64,000 nt of DNA from Chrysomallon squamiferum (GCA_012295275.1 CM022666.1:7688001-7752000), one strand, 5' to 3'. Counted from the first letter of the stretch, positions 31,714 to 56,372 are shown. Notes: generated by a model not told the origin, from the letters alone. A program made the numbers and translations.

Positions 31714-33298
31714 CTTGAACACCTAAAAATTAATTCATATACGTAATACATTATCGTATTTAACAATTATCATAAATGAAACAGCATTAGCAACAACAAC
31801 TACTACTACTAAGGCTGCTGCTAATGCTATCACATGTGGCTGCTGTAAATTATTTTATAAATTTTACACTGTAAATGTCATCAAGTTTATGGTTTAAGTT
31901 AAATGATATGTCTATATAACATCAACAACAAAATGACAGTATTAAAAATAACATTAATAATAATAATAATAATAGCAATAACAATACCAACAACAACAAC
32001 AGTTGAAGTAGTAGTGATAGTGATGATGACAGTGTTGTTAGTAACAGTAATAGCATAGTATAGAATAAAGTAAGAGTAGATTTAACAGTAGTAGTAGTGA
32101 ATACTAGTTCTAGTATAAATAGTAGTTCTAGTTGCAATAATAATAGTAGTTGCAGTAGTAGTAGTAGTAGTAGTGGTTTTATTAAAAGTATAAGTAGTAG
32201 TAGTAGTAGTTTTGATATTAGTATTAGTAGTAGTAGTTTTGGTATTAGTAGTGGTGATAGTGATAGTAATAGTAGTAGTAGTAGTAGTAGTGGTAGTAGC
32301 AGTATAAGTAAAAATCGCATTCATATTAATCAGAAGATGAGCCACAAGCATATCAGAAATACAACAAAAGTAAGAAAATAAACCATAACAATCATAATAA
32401 TAATGATACAGACAACAACTTCTACTACTACAACTACAACTACAACTATACAAATAAAAAGAATCACTAAGAATACGACAACAACAACAACGAAGTAAAA
32501 CTGACATATTTGAAAATGTCAACTTACCTTGTTTTGTGAAGAAAATGTGCAGCTTTGACTGCAGTGTGTGTTCATTACAGACAAACCTGCCACCGTGACA
32601 CGTTGTCACTGCAGGCGATGACGTAGTTTCTTTCATCAAAACAGTTTCTCTCTTTCTAATAGATATCCTTGACAAAGTACTATCTATTCATATGTCCGTC
32701 GCACTGACAGTCTGTCTGTCTCTCTGTATAACTGTACGTCTATATGTCTATCTGGTTATGCATCTGTTTATGTCCGTCATTTTATTAGTGTGTCTCTGTC
32801 TGTCTGTCTGTCAAGTTGACTATATGTCTGTCTGTCTGACTGTCTCTCTCTATGTATCTTCTGTGACTTCATTGTGTTTATATCTGTCTATCACTCTGTG
32901 TTTATATAACGGTGTGTCTACCTGTCTGTATATATGTCCGTGGTTGTCTGTATTTATCAGACAATATAATTGTCTGTATTTATATCTATCTATCAGTTTG
33001 TATAATTGTCTCTGTTGATATCTGTCAATATGTACAATTCTCTGTATTTATATCTGTCAGTCTGTTTAAATATGACAAAAATGATTTATAACATACATCT
33101 ATAAACTTTCATGTTGTATTACTTATTTCACACATTTTATAAACGTCTGTGTTGTATTAATTATTTCACTCTATACATATGCATATATAGACTGATAGAT
33201 AGCTTGACAGATAGATACAGATATAGACAGAACTATAGCTAGATAGATAGATAAATAGAGAGAGAGAGAGAGAAAAACTTAGATATAGATAGAGAGAA

Positions 33299-33392
<94 letters not shown>

Positions 33393-33959
33393 TGGGGCAT
33401 GTATGTGCGTGTAGTTTTTCTTTTATATTAGTTATGCATGCTAAAGGATTCAGACTGTCAAAAATTACGACTATTATGTATCTTAAACTGCTACACCAAA
33501 CTAGTTTTCACCCTTTGTTTTATTCAATTTATAGTATCAGCAGCATCAACATAAAGAATATGGAAATTTTAAATATTTTCTGAAAATAGGTTGCCAAAGT
33601 GCTCAGTCGGGGTAACGTCCGTCAAAAAAAATATGTAAAGGTTTATGTGAGAAGAATATCTGAAAGGATATAAACCTGTTCCTTCTAATCCTCTTAGCAG
33701 ACGTCAAGGTAAAAGTTTAAAAATATGTCAAATGATGATATTTTAGCCACAGATTTTCAGTACTCCCTTTAGTTCATTTCATGAGCTAGTTTCAAGAAAA
33801 ACTAATTCGAGTTCATGAGACAACATTCTCAAAAATAAAGAAAGTTATTTATTTTTTAATTGTTTTTTATTATTGTTATTATGTATATATTTTTTTCTAA
33901 TGGGTTTTTCTCTCTTTCTTTCTCTCTTTCTTTCTCTCTCTTCTGAAATAATATTATTT

Positions 33960-34470
33960 CCAGATCCAACAAAGAGATGGTATGTCAAAAAGTAATCACA
34001 GACTTTATCTTAAAATGACATTTAAAGAAATACAGGCAGTGTTGATGGAGCCAGCTTGCGAAAAGGATGCACAGAGTTGATATAGAATGAAAAACATTAC
34101 GTTTCTCAGATTAAAAAAGGTGTTTAGCGCTGTCCCAGCCATCAATGGAATTTCTCGTTTCCACTACCTCGCCATTGAGGATGGTCGCCTCATTTTGCCA
34201 TTGATGAAACAGAAACGTCTGACGAATGTCATCTGTAGATGATCCGACCCTGCTTGCACGTCAGATGAAGAGCCAACCAAGCTGATGACTGGTGAGTTGT
34301 TTAGTATGATAATCAACTCTTTCCTGTAGAAGCAAAATAGATTCGTGGTGGAAATTACGAAGTGACCGTTAAGCACCGAGCTGAGCTCAACTGGAAAAGG
34401 CCAGGACAAAACAGTCTGTGCTACACACACCATGATCAGTGAACGGGAGCCTTGAGGACTCGTGTCCATG
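33960..34470 (+). mobile_element. Degenerate DNA-transposon-like coding remnant
   Basis: Intronless, GC-richer, stop-interrupted stretch encoding VPAINGISRFHYL and V*YDNQLFP..GGNYEVTVKHRAELNWKRP. It resembles C-terminal motifs of invertebrate transposon ORFs, but the family is not identified. Confidence 0.3.
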
Positions 34471-35691
34471 ATTTTGATTAAAGACAGATTCTGAAACAAG
34501 CTCACAGTAACCGAAAATAGAATACAACCCGGGGTATTAAAATCAGGCATATTGTTTTTTTCTATTAATTTCGAATGAATCAGTACCACAGGAAACCATC
34601 TTTTTTCATTACTGGTATGAAAGATTTCCAAGACATTGTTATCTAAAAATTCACCAAGGTATGATTCTGCTGATGATGATTTGGACTGTTCTTTGTCTGT
34701 TGTTGTTTTTGTTTGTTTTTTTGTATTTTTGTTGTTTTGTGTTTGTTTGTTGTTGTTTTTTGTTATTTTTGTCGTTTTCTCTTCTTTTTTTTGGTTGTTT
34801 GGTTTGTTTGTTGTTGTTTTTTGTTAGTTTTATGTCTGTATTTACTAATTATTTATTTATTTATTTTATTATTTATTTTACTTTATCCTCTTTTTGATAT
34901 TTTATTATTTATTTAGTTTTAATTTATTTTACTTTACCCTTGTTTTTTTTTTTTTTTTTTTGTTGTTTTTTTTAGTAGACTTTCCAATATTTAGATGATT
35001 TTGACATAGGCAAGTATTTTACTCAGGGCCATGTTCCTGGAAATACCATTCTAGCAACAGTGTTGCAGTTGGAATGACAGCCAACCCGCTTAATGTATCA
35101 TACATCACTGTGGAATTGTTTATAGACAGATAATATTATATACATGTATATTTGTATAGTGATTTGTGTTTTTCTTTTATATGCAAATATAAACTTAGAC
35201 CTCTGTGCGTGTTTTTGTGTGGATGTGTGTTTGATATGCAAACATGTACATATACCTTTGTGTGTGTGTGTGTGTGTATGTGTGTGTGTGTGAGTGTCTG
35301 TTTGAACGTTTTATATACAGATATGTACATGTACGTTTGTACATACGTGTGTGTTTCTTTTATACATAGCTATGTATATGTATGTTTCTACATTGATTTC
35401 AAGTAAATAATCAGCATCAGTTAAATAAAGAAAGAAGTAAAGAGAAATAAGAAAAATATCAAACAGTAATTAAGATAAAGTGAATACTTAATAAATAAAT
35501 AAATGAAACTAATTTATTTATTAGAATTAATTGTATTATTGTTATTATTATTATTGTTGTTGTTGTTGTTGTTATTATTATTATTATTATTTAATAACAA
35601 CAACAACAACAACAATAATAATAATAATAATAATAATAATTAATATTAATATTAGTAATAAGGTATATTGTAAAAGAGGCAGAAATTTCGT

Positions 35692-44985
<9,294 letters not shown>

Positions 44986-46332
44986 CCTTTATGTTGCTGC
45001 TGCTGCAGTTGCTGTTATTCCTGCAGGACGATGACCTGGTATAGATGATTCTGCAGCCGCTGTTGTTGATGTCAGTTGTGGTATCGGGTGTTAATTAACG
45101 CACGGTCGTTTCGGTTTTTATTCGGCCCTTGTTAATAGAGAAATGAAAAAGCATTAATTTATAGTTTAAATATTTAATTTATTTTGCTCATGATCATATG
45201 TACCATTAAATTCAGTCACAAACACAATAAATAAATAAATGAGATAATAACAAGACAAAAATATTTCAACACATTTTGAAAAACAACGTTATAGACAGAC
45301 TGACAGATAGACAGACAAGACAGAAAAACAATAAAAACGGTAACAGTAGTATTAACAGATAAACATGCATAAATTATTACATGCCTACTCTGTACATAAA
45401 AGTTTAAAAAATAAATTCAAGTATAATCAAATATATTCGCATATATTCAAAACCGTTAAATTATACCATAGACTAGAAGGAAACAGCAGTAATGTGAACA
45501 TTACAATATAAAATCTTACCATTGTCCAACAGGTAATATTCGTTTTCTAACAAACATTTTGAACAAGATAAACTAAATCATTCTTCAATATACAGCATAA
45601 CTTATAAAAATAAAATGATTTCACCTACAAAATAACTTTTAACAATAATTTCCTCTATTTAAATATGCATTGTGCAGTCATGTGCTGCTTTCAACGCGCC
45701 TACCCGTTTCATAGACATCTCCGTTTATTGCACACAAAAAATACTGAGAAACCATCGTCTACATTTAAAATTACACAAACGAATCTCTATCTCCTACCCG
45801 CCAGTCACCCGAACTTCGGGCGACACACCCTCATGTAAATGTCTAATGAAATTTCCAGATAAGCCACCATCAGGACAGTTTTTCATTAAATCCATATAAA
45901 CCTAATGCAAGCTAATTTTCATGATGTGTATTTTTTCTGTATGAGTATAAACACATATCAAACGTACGGTGTTTACACATAACATGCCTACAGTATAGAT
46001 ATATACACAAAATATATGTATATTCAGTAAGTTTTATATTTCAGCAAATCATCTCCGGTAACTGCTTCAAAAAGGATATCACTAACTATATGTCTTACAG
46101 CAAATACTGATTATAATTGTCGTATCCATTGTTTTTTATTCTTCTTCTTTGAATATATTATCTGCTGCAGAACTTCCAGTTAATTAACAGATGGAAGATT
46201 TTTAGACAAAAAATACTGCTAATTTCAAAGGTCCTTACTTGCTTTCTGATGTCTGTTGAAAATGGTTTTTAACTGGAAAGTTTTACATCCATCATCTACG
46301 CGGATTTGCGCGGAAATGCACGATAAAACCGT

Positions 46333-46890
46333 TAAATGAGACCATAGACAACTTTGCAGCATGTGCAGTTTCTGCTATTCTTCTCTCCGTTTTAACATAC
46401 CTGTTAAATCGATACCTGTTAATACGTAAATAACTTAGTATTTATGTACTTAAATGAGACCGTAGACAACTTTGCAGCATGTGCAATTTCTGCTATTCTT
46501 CTCTCCGTTTTAACATACCTGTTAAATCGATACCTTTTGCAAATGCACCATGTGCACCATGTTTTCTGCTATTCTTCTCTCCGTTTTAACATACCTGTTA
46601 AATCGATACCTGTTAATACGTAAATAACTTAGTATTTATGTACTTAAATGAGACCGTAGACAACTTTGCACCATGTGCACCATGTGCAGTTTCTGCTATT
46701 CTTCTCTCCGTGTTAACATGCCTGTTAAATCGATACCTTTTAATACGTAAATAACTTAGTATTTATGTACTTAAATGAGACCGTAGACAACATTGCACCA
46801 CGTGCAGTTTCTGCTATTGTTATCTCCATGTTAATATACCTGTTAAATCGATACCTGTTAATACGTAAATAACTTAGTGTTTATGTACTT
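46333..46890. repeat. ~117-bp tandem repeat, ~5 imperfect copies
   Basis: TAAATGAGACCGTAGACAACTTTGCA..GTTTCTGCTATTCTTCTCTCCGTTTTAACATACCTGTTAAATCGATACC...TAAATAACTTAGTATTTATGTAC is repeated. Confidence 0.9.
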
Positions 46891-47452
46891 AGTTAATCAC
46901 GTTCGATCGAAATAGTGAACTTACAGCAGCAAAACTTTTAATGTGGTTTTTATGTTTTCTGTTGTATGTACATACAAAAACAAAATATACATACATATCA
47001 TACATACAATATAAACACATATAGATACAATATAGACACACACCACACATAAAATATACATACCTAATGTACATACAAAATACACACATATCATAGATAC
47101 AATATAGACCTACTACTCGTATGCTACAGATGTATAGAATATATATACATACCATATATACAGTATACACATACTACACATATCATGCATAGAGTATAGG
47201 CACATATTATACATACAGTATACACAAATATCGTAAAAACAGATACAGTATACACCTATCATGCATACAAGATATACACATACCTTACATTGTTTACATA
47301 AATCATACACAGTATATAATACACGTACAATATATACACAGATCGTACATATATTGTATACACATACCATGCATACAGTATAAATAAAAATCATACGCAC
47401 AGTGTGTACACATACTATTGTACAGATATATATCACATCTCTTCATCGACAT

Positions 47453-48058
47453 GAATCTGCAGGCGGTGTACGTCGTCGATAACAACGTCTCTGGTTGCCA
47501 TGACAGCGGTCGAAACAGTCGCTTTACGTGTTAGGGCGTTCCAGTAGAACTAGTGCACATCTTTCCAAAGTAGTAATTTCCTCTGATTGAAAAACAGATA
47601 AATAATTTTAACTTGCCTTATATTATAAATACGGCGGGTGACAACAAACCAAACGAGAAAACCAAGCATTTTGATAAATTTTACTACTGGATGACGTTCC
47701 GAATCTCTTCTTTTATTTGCTGTGTACTCTATTTTTATTTATTCGTTCATTCATTCACTTATTCATCTATACTTTTTAATTTACTTATTATATTATTTAT
47801 TTTCTTTTATTTACTTTTGTTAATATGTGTTGGGTGATATACCATGACTCAGTCTTTCAGGATTTATGATATTGTTAAAATAACTGAGGGACATTAGGGC
47901 TCTATATCATCAAAAGCGTATCTATTTTCACTATTACATTTCTTGCACATTACGGATATAATTCGACATTAACTTAATAATAATAAATGCTTAAACTGAA
48001 AAATAAAGAAAGTATTATTATTAATTATAACAAAAAATTGTGTCCCACCACATTAAAA

Positions 48059-48111
<53 letters not shown>

Positions 48112-48570
48112 GGAAAGAAAAAAAGAAAGAAAATAATAAATTTTTATTCCTACGCCAGTTATCTCCCGTGACGTCAAGGTTAATCTGAATATTGCACTGT
48201 GTGTCGTCACTACACAAGATGGGTAACGTTGACGTCACATTCACTTGTCGTGACCCTTCCGCTTCGCTAAGAATCAACGTAGATGGCGTTGTCTGCAATT
48301 TATATAAATTATAAGGAGATAAACGTTTAAAATCAGAAAAGAAATAAATCTAAATTATATTTAGTGAAAGATAAATCAGTTACATCCGTAATACTCGATT
48401 TTGTCTAATTTGAAAATCATTGTACTACTACTCTTTCTGGTATTGTCTTTACTGTAACCATAAGTACTACTACCACTATTACTACTGTCGATGACTATGA
48501 CAACTACTTCTAATACTACTACGACCATTACATCTTTGTTTACTGCTTCTACTACTACTACAACTACTAA
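47453..48570 (-). pseudogene. Direct-orientation duplicate of VWDE-like exons 5-6 (copy of ~21803-22930)
   Basis: TTPSTLILSEAEGSRQVNVTSTLPILCSDDTQCNIQINLDVTGDNW is nearly identical to 22512-22650. The exon 6 copy is truncated and has an 11-nt deletion (CCAGT|AGAAC). Introns also align. Confidence 0.9.
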
Positions 48571-48584
48571 TAATAATAACTGAC

Positions 48585-48813
48585 ACTGAGATAATCGTTG
48601 ATTATTTCACAGACTCCAGTATTTGATTTTATATTAACATAATGTATATTACATTGATGATTACAGTTAATAATGAATTCGAGCACTGCAAAATGAAATA
48701 TTAAAGCCGGAAGCCGTTCATTAAAAAATAAAATATATATATATATATATATATATATACAAAAAAACAAAATAAAAAAATAATTAAATAATTAAAATAA
48801 ATAAATAAACAAA

Positions 48814-48879
<66 letters not shown>

Positions 48880-49979
48880 AGTAGTAGTAGTAGTACTAGT
48901 AGCAAAACTTTAACAAGAAATGATAGACTGAGAGAAAGAAGAATAAATCATAAACAAAAATAAATTATCAGTAGAGAAACTGCAGATGATACACAGATTA
49001 TTAAAATAAAACTCTTAAATTTAAAAAAACAACAACCAACCCCCCTCAGAAATGCCCCACGTTGCCCGCCCCAAACCATAAAAAGTAAAATGAAATAAGA
49101 AATAAATAAATAAAATACCGAGATCCGATAAAAGCGATAATGATGGTAACAATAATAATTCAAAACAATAAAATCAAATCAAATTAAGAAGATATTATTG
49201 CTTAAAAATAAAAATAAAATTAAAAAAATCATAAATATGATAACGAAAACATTTGCGACATGAAAAATTACTAATCTTGGTGTATTATTAATCGTCTTTT
49301 CTCTTTTTCTTTTTTCTAAATATTTTAATTTACTAGAACAAAACAATAATGACTCATACTAAAAATCCTTACCTGTTTATCATAACTTTGTGTGTGACAG
49401 TCACAAAATTAAAAGCATAAAGCCATGCCAGAATCTACAGTCTTAATATATTTGTGCTCACAACATGTAATTTTTTATGCTTAAAACTTCTTGACTCTGC
49501 GGTTCATTGCGTTAGTCAGACTGGAGGAAACGAGTCCGCTTCCTTGTTCATTTTCACCGATGTTACACGTTCGCGCCTTAATCTTGTATAAAAAGGAAAA
49601 CAACAACTTTTTGACGTCTGCCACAGATCTGCAACAGAGACTGCGCAACGGATAAGAACATGGCACTCGTTTTCGTGCTCCTTTTTATCGGTTTTAGTGG
49701 TGAGTTTGTTTTAAGTTTTAATTTTGTAAGAACTGTTATTTTATTTTAGTAATTAATTAGTTTATTTATTTATCTATTATTATTATTAAGAAGAATTAAA
49801 ATTAAGAACAGTAATATAAATAAATAAATAGACAGATAAATAAATAAATAAATAAATGCAAAGAGGGGAAAATAAGTATATTATTTAATTTTTGTTATCC
49901 AAATATTTACAAAAATATTTTTGTATTTAGGTAAATCTTGGAATTAGAACGTGGGAGAAGTAACAACAACAACAACAAC

Positions 49980-50019
<40 letters not shown>

Positions 50020-52168
50020 GTAATAATAATAGTAATAATAATAATGATGATGATGATTTCAGTTCTGATGTTTAAAGTAACGCATATCTTTGATAAGTAA
50101 ATTAAAAGAACTATCATTTTTCAAGCTAAATATTCATTATATACATAATAAACATTTTAATAATCTGTACTGAAGATAGTAACAAACGATGAATAAATTT
50201 TAAAATCTGACTTTAAAAGGCTGTAACAAAGTCCACAGAATATAATCAAGGGTTATTCCTAATATAAGTTTTCATATGCTATACGTAATAGCTGATAATA
50301 CGTTTCAACATTAAGATATATATATATCTTAAAGTTAAAACGTATTATCAGCTATTACGTATATATATATATATATAACAGAATATGTAAGCATAGCAAC
50401 ATATTGGTATAAATACGTGCAATAAACAATTAAGACAGAACATTTATTTTCGCTAATTAATAAGGCGTTAATATTCGATAAAATTACATGTAGCTATCTG
50501 CCTGTCTATATATTTCTATTTATTCTGTGTATCATATACCTATCTGCCAGTCTATATATTTATGTATATTCTGTGTATCATATACCTATCTGTCTGTCTA
50601 TACATTTATGTATATTCTGTGTATCATATACCTATCTGCCAGTCTATACATTTATGTATATTCTGTGTATCATATACCTATCTGCCAGTCTATATATTTC
50701 TATTTATTCTGTGTGTCATACACCTATCTGCCTGTCTATATATTTCTATTTATTCTGTGTATCATATACCTATCTACCTGTCTATATATTTCTATTTATT
50801 CTGTGTCTCATATACCTATCTACCTGTCTATATATTTCTATTTATTCTGTGTCTCATATACCTATCTGCCTGTCTATATATTTCTATTTATTCTGTGTCT
50901 CATATACCTATCTACCTGTCTATATATTTCTATTTATTCTGTGTGTCATATACCTATCTGCCTGTTTATATATTTCTATTTATTCTGTGTATCATATATC
51001 TATCTGCCTGTCTGTATATTTCTATTTATTCTGTGTGTCATATATCTATCTGCCTGTCTGTATATTTCTATTTATTCTGTGTGTCATATACCTATCTGCC
51101 TGTCTATATATTTCTATTTATTCTGTGTATCATATACCTATCTGTCTGTCTGTCTATACATTTCTATTTATTCTGTGTGTCATATACCTATCTGCCTGTC
51201 TATACATTTCTATTTATTCTGTGTCTCATATACCTATCTGCCTGCCTATATATTTCTATTTATTCTGTGTCTCATATACCTATCTACCTGTCTATATATT
51301 TCTATTTATTCTGTGTGTCATATACCTATCTGCCTGTCTATATATTTCTATTTATTCTGTGTGTCATACACCTATCTGCCTGTCTATATATTTCTATTTA
51401 TTCTGTGTGTCATACACCTATCTGTCTGTCTATATATTTCTATTTATTCTGTCTGTCTCATTCTCTCTTTATATATATATATATATGTCTGTATGATTGT
51501 TATTTTTGTTTGTCTGTTTATCTTCTCTGTCTTCTGTCTGTATATCTATCTGTATATCGACCGGAACTACGTGTAATTATTTCACATTTATTTTTTATTA
51601 TTTGTAAAAAAAAAAATTGGTTATCGTTTTCTCTTTTGTTTTAATGCTTCACGCATATTCATATGTTTTTTTTTTATCTTTAAGAACAGTTCTAAAGCAC
51701 TTTTAAATAGTTTTTTTTTTTTTCGATTACAGTCTTGTTACATTCTTGAACAAGTACAGTTAAGTTCATTATAGTGTCCTTGTTGACAAAATAATCACCC
51801 TAATTTAGATTATTTAACTTTCCTTCTTTTTTAATCTACTCAATTTCTTTTTATATCTTTTCGTACCTGTAAATCCTCTTTCTAATGATAATTTTATGTT
51901 AATCCGCGAATACAAGGTAATCTCCTTTAAGCCAATCAACAAGAAGGAAATATGAAAATTAGAAAGTTGGAAAACAGAAAACAAACTTAACATTTTGTTA
52001 AAGAAAAAACAAATATAGAAATTAGAAATATACTAATGACGCTTGAACTAATATTAAAAGTGAAATTTAGTAAAGTGAAAAAAATATGAGAAAGCGGGAA
52101 AACACATATTACACCCTTAATTAATACTGCTTTTCAAAATATTTTATAATTACGTACATTTGTACGCA

Positions 52169-52250
<82 letters not shown>

Positions 52251-52427
52251 GTCAGCTTTTGAATGAAATTTATTATTATATCACACAACAGATACCCAGA
52301 CGATTCTAAACCCTACTGAGAAATCACGTGACGTGAATAATCAAGCCGGACAGACGGAGACTCTGTTATGCGACCAGTTTCAAACTCCGGCATGGTTCCG
52401 ATTTATAAACGGACTGATGCCTACGTC
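48585..52427 (+). pseudogene. Inverted duplicate of the VWDE-like promoter, exon 1, intron 1 and part of exon 2 (copy of ~24568-29366)
   Basis: Exon 1 ATGGCACTCGTTTTC...AGTG|GTGAGT lies at 49660-49699. The exon 2 copy at ~52292-52427 has a ~21-nt deletion and breaks off after GLMPTS. It includes inverted copies of the 46-bp array and the palindrome. Confidence 0.9.
50492..51455. repeat. Inverted copy of the 46-bp minisatellite, ~21 copies
   Basis: Unit TCATATACCTATCTGCCTGTCTATATATTTCTATTTATTCTGTGTC. Confidence 0.95.
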
Positions 52428-52647
52428 TGTTTCTATGTATATTATTCAGTGCATATTTATCTTCTCGTATATTCTATATACCCATCTCTTTTAATGTGCA
52501 TACATATTGCATAGGTTTTTCTTCGTATATGTGAAAATATTTGCGAACAGTTCAGTATACTCAATACTGTATAGTATATATACACAAGATAACTCCAAGG
52601 ACTTATTCTTTATGCATAAATTATTCAAAAGATATAAAATATGCTTA

Positions 52648-52880
52648 GTCTTAGTAAGTTCGATAGTCTTCGGTCGTATCCACGGAAAATGTCGAATGTT
52701 TTCCATAACCATCTTACAACGTGGATGTATTTCCGGCTGAACTATACAAATGTTTTTGTATTTATCTTAATCTTAGTAAGTTCGATAGTCTTCGGTCATA
52801 TCCACGGAAAATGTCGAATGGTTTCCATAACCATCTTACTACGTGGATGTATTTCCGGCTGAACTATACAAATGTTTTTA
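52648..52880. repeat. ~120-bp tandem duplication upstream of EFHC2
   Basis: CTTAGTAAGTTCGATAGTCTTCGGTC.TATCCACGGAAAATGTCGAATG...CCGGCTGAACTATACAAATGTTTT occurs twice here and once at 29381-29480. Confidence 0.9.
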
Positions 52881-53041
52881 CCAAGTTATTGTAATAAATA
52901 AACAATTATGCTGTAGTTAAACTAATATATAGTAACATATTTTAAATTGATATCCTTCGTTTTATTAAATGCGAATAAATGCGAATATAATTCTAATAAA
53001 CAGTCGCTAAGTGAGAAGCTGCGCATGAATATTAAACCGTT

Positions 53042-53055
53042 GTTAACATAGCAAC
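53042..53055. promoter_or_regulatory. RFX X-box in the EFHC2 promoter
   Basis: GTTAAC-AT-AGCAAC, 85 nt upstream of the ATG of a ciliary gene, one mismatch from the consensus. Confidence 0.6.
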
Positions 53056-53139
53056 CATTAACAATAGCGACCGGTAGCAAACATACTCTACATGTAAACT
53101 TGGCAAACTGCTGTAGCATTAAACGTTTAGACATCTGCA

Positions 53140-56100
53140 ATGGCGTTGCCCTACCTTCCAGGCAACTCTTTTAACAAAAGTGTAAGTATTTTTTGTTCAG
53201 ATAGTCTTTATTTATTAATGAACTTTGTATATCGTCAGCAAATAACGGCTTATATTGTTATATACTCTGTTAACATTAGTGTTCAGTTGCCGTTTCTCTT
53301 CTTGGTTTTAGTTTCTTTGTTGTTGTTGTTGTTTTTAAACGTTTGTGTTCCTTAATTTCGATGTCGTTGTTAATGTATTATCTGTAATTCGTTTGAATTA
53401 ATGGAAAAGTTGATCAAATAGCGTTTCAACTGCTGTGAGAATGTGTTTTGTAACAGTTAACTGTAAAATTTTTGTTTATTATTTCTTTTTGTTAATACAT
53501 TATTTACTCCTCAAAATATCAACTTTAAACAAAATTTATTTTAAGTGAACATTGTCTTAGAAACAATGAATTATATTTAAAAATATAAAGAGAAGAGTGA
53601 ATTAAAAACAACAACATAATATGTGCACGTTAAAATATATATACTGTCATAATATTTTTTTATTCCAAGTGTCCCACATTTATATACATTTTTAAAAATG
53701 AAATGTTTCCAATTATTAATACAAAATATTTATAGCAAATAATAACACAACAAATGTTATTTTGTATTTTATTGATAGTGTTTAACTATAGACATTTTGA
53801 AATAAATTATCTTTTCTTTATTTCAATATTATTTTTAATTGATAACATTTTCTTTAATATTGTCATACCTTATTGATTCTTATACATTTTCAGTGCAAGA
53901 TTAATTTAAAAAAAAGATATATGATTATTTATTTTATTTTAATTCAATTCTTTAGATGTGTTTAATTAAAACATGCCTTCAGTGAACAACTGAATCATTC
54001 TTTTTTTTTTTTTCTTTCTTTCTTTCTTTTTTATTTATTTATTTACTTTGTCTTTTCAGCTTGGTAAAACAAAGTTCCATAAATCACACCACTTTGACTG
54101 TCAGAATGAGGTGTACAAACTTGTAGGCTTTGAGAAGCCAGGAATAGGAGGAGAACCTCTTCTTGGTCAAAAGATCAAACCGAAGAACTCTGTTTTCCCC
54201 AAGGGTGAGGGCTCCAACCTCCCAGCATGGGTGGCATTTGATCGCCAGGTTCTCTGCTTTGATGCATACTTCCAGGAAGCAGTTCATGAGAAGAGAGAAG
54301 AAACATACAGAGTTAGAAATGTGAAGATTTATTTTTACTTAGAAGATGATTCAATTCAGGTCATCGAGCCCAGAGTGAAGAACATGGGTCTGCCCCAGGG
54401 TAAGTGAAATCTTGTGGATTTATTTTTGGTTTTTATTTTTGACTGGTTGTGTTATTCATAAAAAATAAATAGGAAAGAAATGAAAGAGAATTAAAATACT
54501 AAATGAAAAACATAATGGATCTGATTGCATGTACATACAATGTCTCTTGCACATACACACATTTCACACTCACATACTCACTAGAAACACAGCATACACA
54601 TAACACATATGAATACATTTGCAGGCTCACTCTTACAGAAATGCACATATTTTAATAAATAAATTTTACATCTGTGATATATATATATATATACCTAAAT
54701 TTTATTTTTAACTTTTTGAATATCTTTGAAATTATTTTTAACAGGAACAATAATTCGACGTCATCGTATTCCCAAACCACCACCATGTGATGATGAATTC
54801 TACACCGTCGATGATTTCAACGTTGGTGTTGAGGTCAACTTCTACTCAAAGGTTTTCAAGATAACTGGGTGTGATGAGTTTACCCAGAACTTCCTGCGTA
54901 AACTGGGCAACTGTGTAAACTTCCCTGAGAAACCACCAAGTGATCCTTACTCTCACTACAGAAAAGTTGTAAGTAACTTATCTGTATACCCATAGTATCT
55001 TTACACCTACAGAATTATCAATAAAAGTATCTTTATACCTACATCATTATTAATAAATATATCTTTATACCTATAGCATTATCAATAAAATTATTTTTAT
55101 ACCTACAGCATTATCAATAAATTTATCTTTATGTCTACAGTATTATGAATAAATATGTCTTTTTGCCTAGCTAATAAGCATGCTAGTAAAGTTTGACATA
55201 TTAATTCACAGAGGCTGCTAGTTCCATTTCTTTTCACAAATGATGGTTTTAGTCATCAAATTTTATAAAAATGTTTAGCATAATCCTTACAAACCAAAAG
55301 ATATAATAAAAAATTAAGAAACTCCTTATGACTGAAATATTTATAATCATTGAAATTGTTGGTATATTTTTTCATGTCATTGTTATTATTATTTATTATT
55401 AGTTGATTTTTTTAAATCTATTTTTGTTGGTACTATAGTTATCATTATTAATTACATTGTTATTAGTGCTATAATTATTACCATTGTCATTGCTGTTGCT
55501 ATTAAAATAATTATATTGGTGTTAATGATGCTATTAGTATTTTTATCATTATTATAAATACCATTATTATTATCATTATCATTTGTTATCGTTTAGCTTG
55601 AAGGAAGCATGCAGCCACTTCGCCCATATGAGAAACACGACACTCTTGCCCAATTTCTCGACCACGATCGCCATGTTCTTCGATTCTACTGTTACTGGGA
55701 CGACACTGACAGCATGTTCGGCGACCCAAGGGAACTAATCCTGCACTACTTCCTTGCTGATGATACCGTTGAGCTGAGAGAGGTCATCCCACCAAATTCA
55801 GGTCGTGATGCTGTTCCGGTGTTTGTACGAAGAGGAAAGCTTCCCAAGAATGTCGACAGTCTGAAACAGCCAGGGGAGATAACTGACAGAACTGTCCTCA
55901 ATGTTTTTGGACCAACTGGCAGAGGCGGACGCTACATTCTTGACAGTCTGAAGGTCAGTGAAATATTAACGAAGGGAGATAACTAACGTTGGTGATAATT
56001 AAAGTGGGAAGATAATTATTGATATAATTTTAAGTATAATTTCTTAAATTTGTTTAATGATTTAAAACTTCTAAAAAAAAAAAAAAAAAAAAAATAAATT

Positions 56101-56301
56101 ACTGATTTAAATTATAATATAAATTAATTAATTAAAAGACTGCATTAGTTATCTATTTAAAAATACTAAAATTATTTACTGTTTTCTACTACTATTACCA
56201 TTATTATTATTACATACTATATTATCATCATTTTTATTATCGGTAGTAGATTACTACAAAAAAGTAAAGTATTTTTATTGTTGTTGTTGTTGTTATTGTT
56301 G

Positions 56302-56372
<71 letters not shown>

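Noticed and set aside
34164-34631. 155-aa minus-strand ORF
   Set aside because: No motif or splice support. The opposite strand looks like a decayed transposon remnant.
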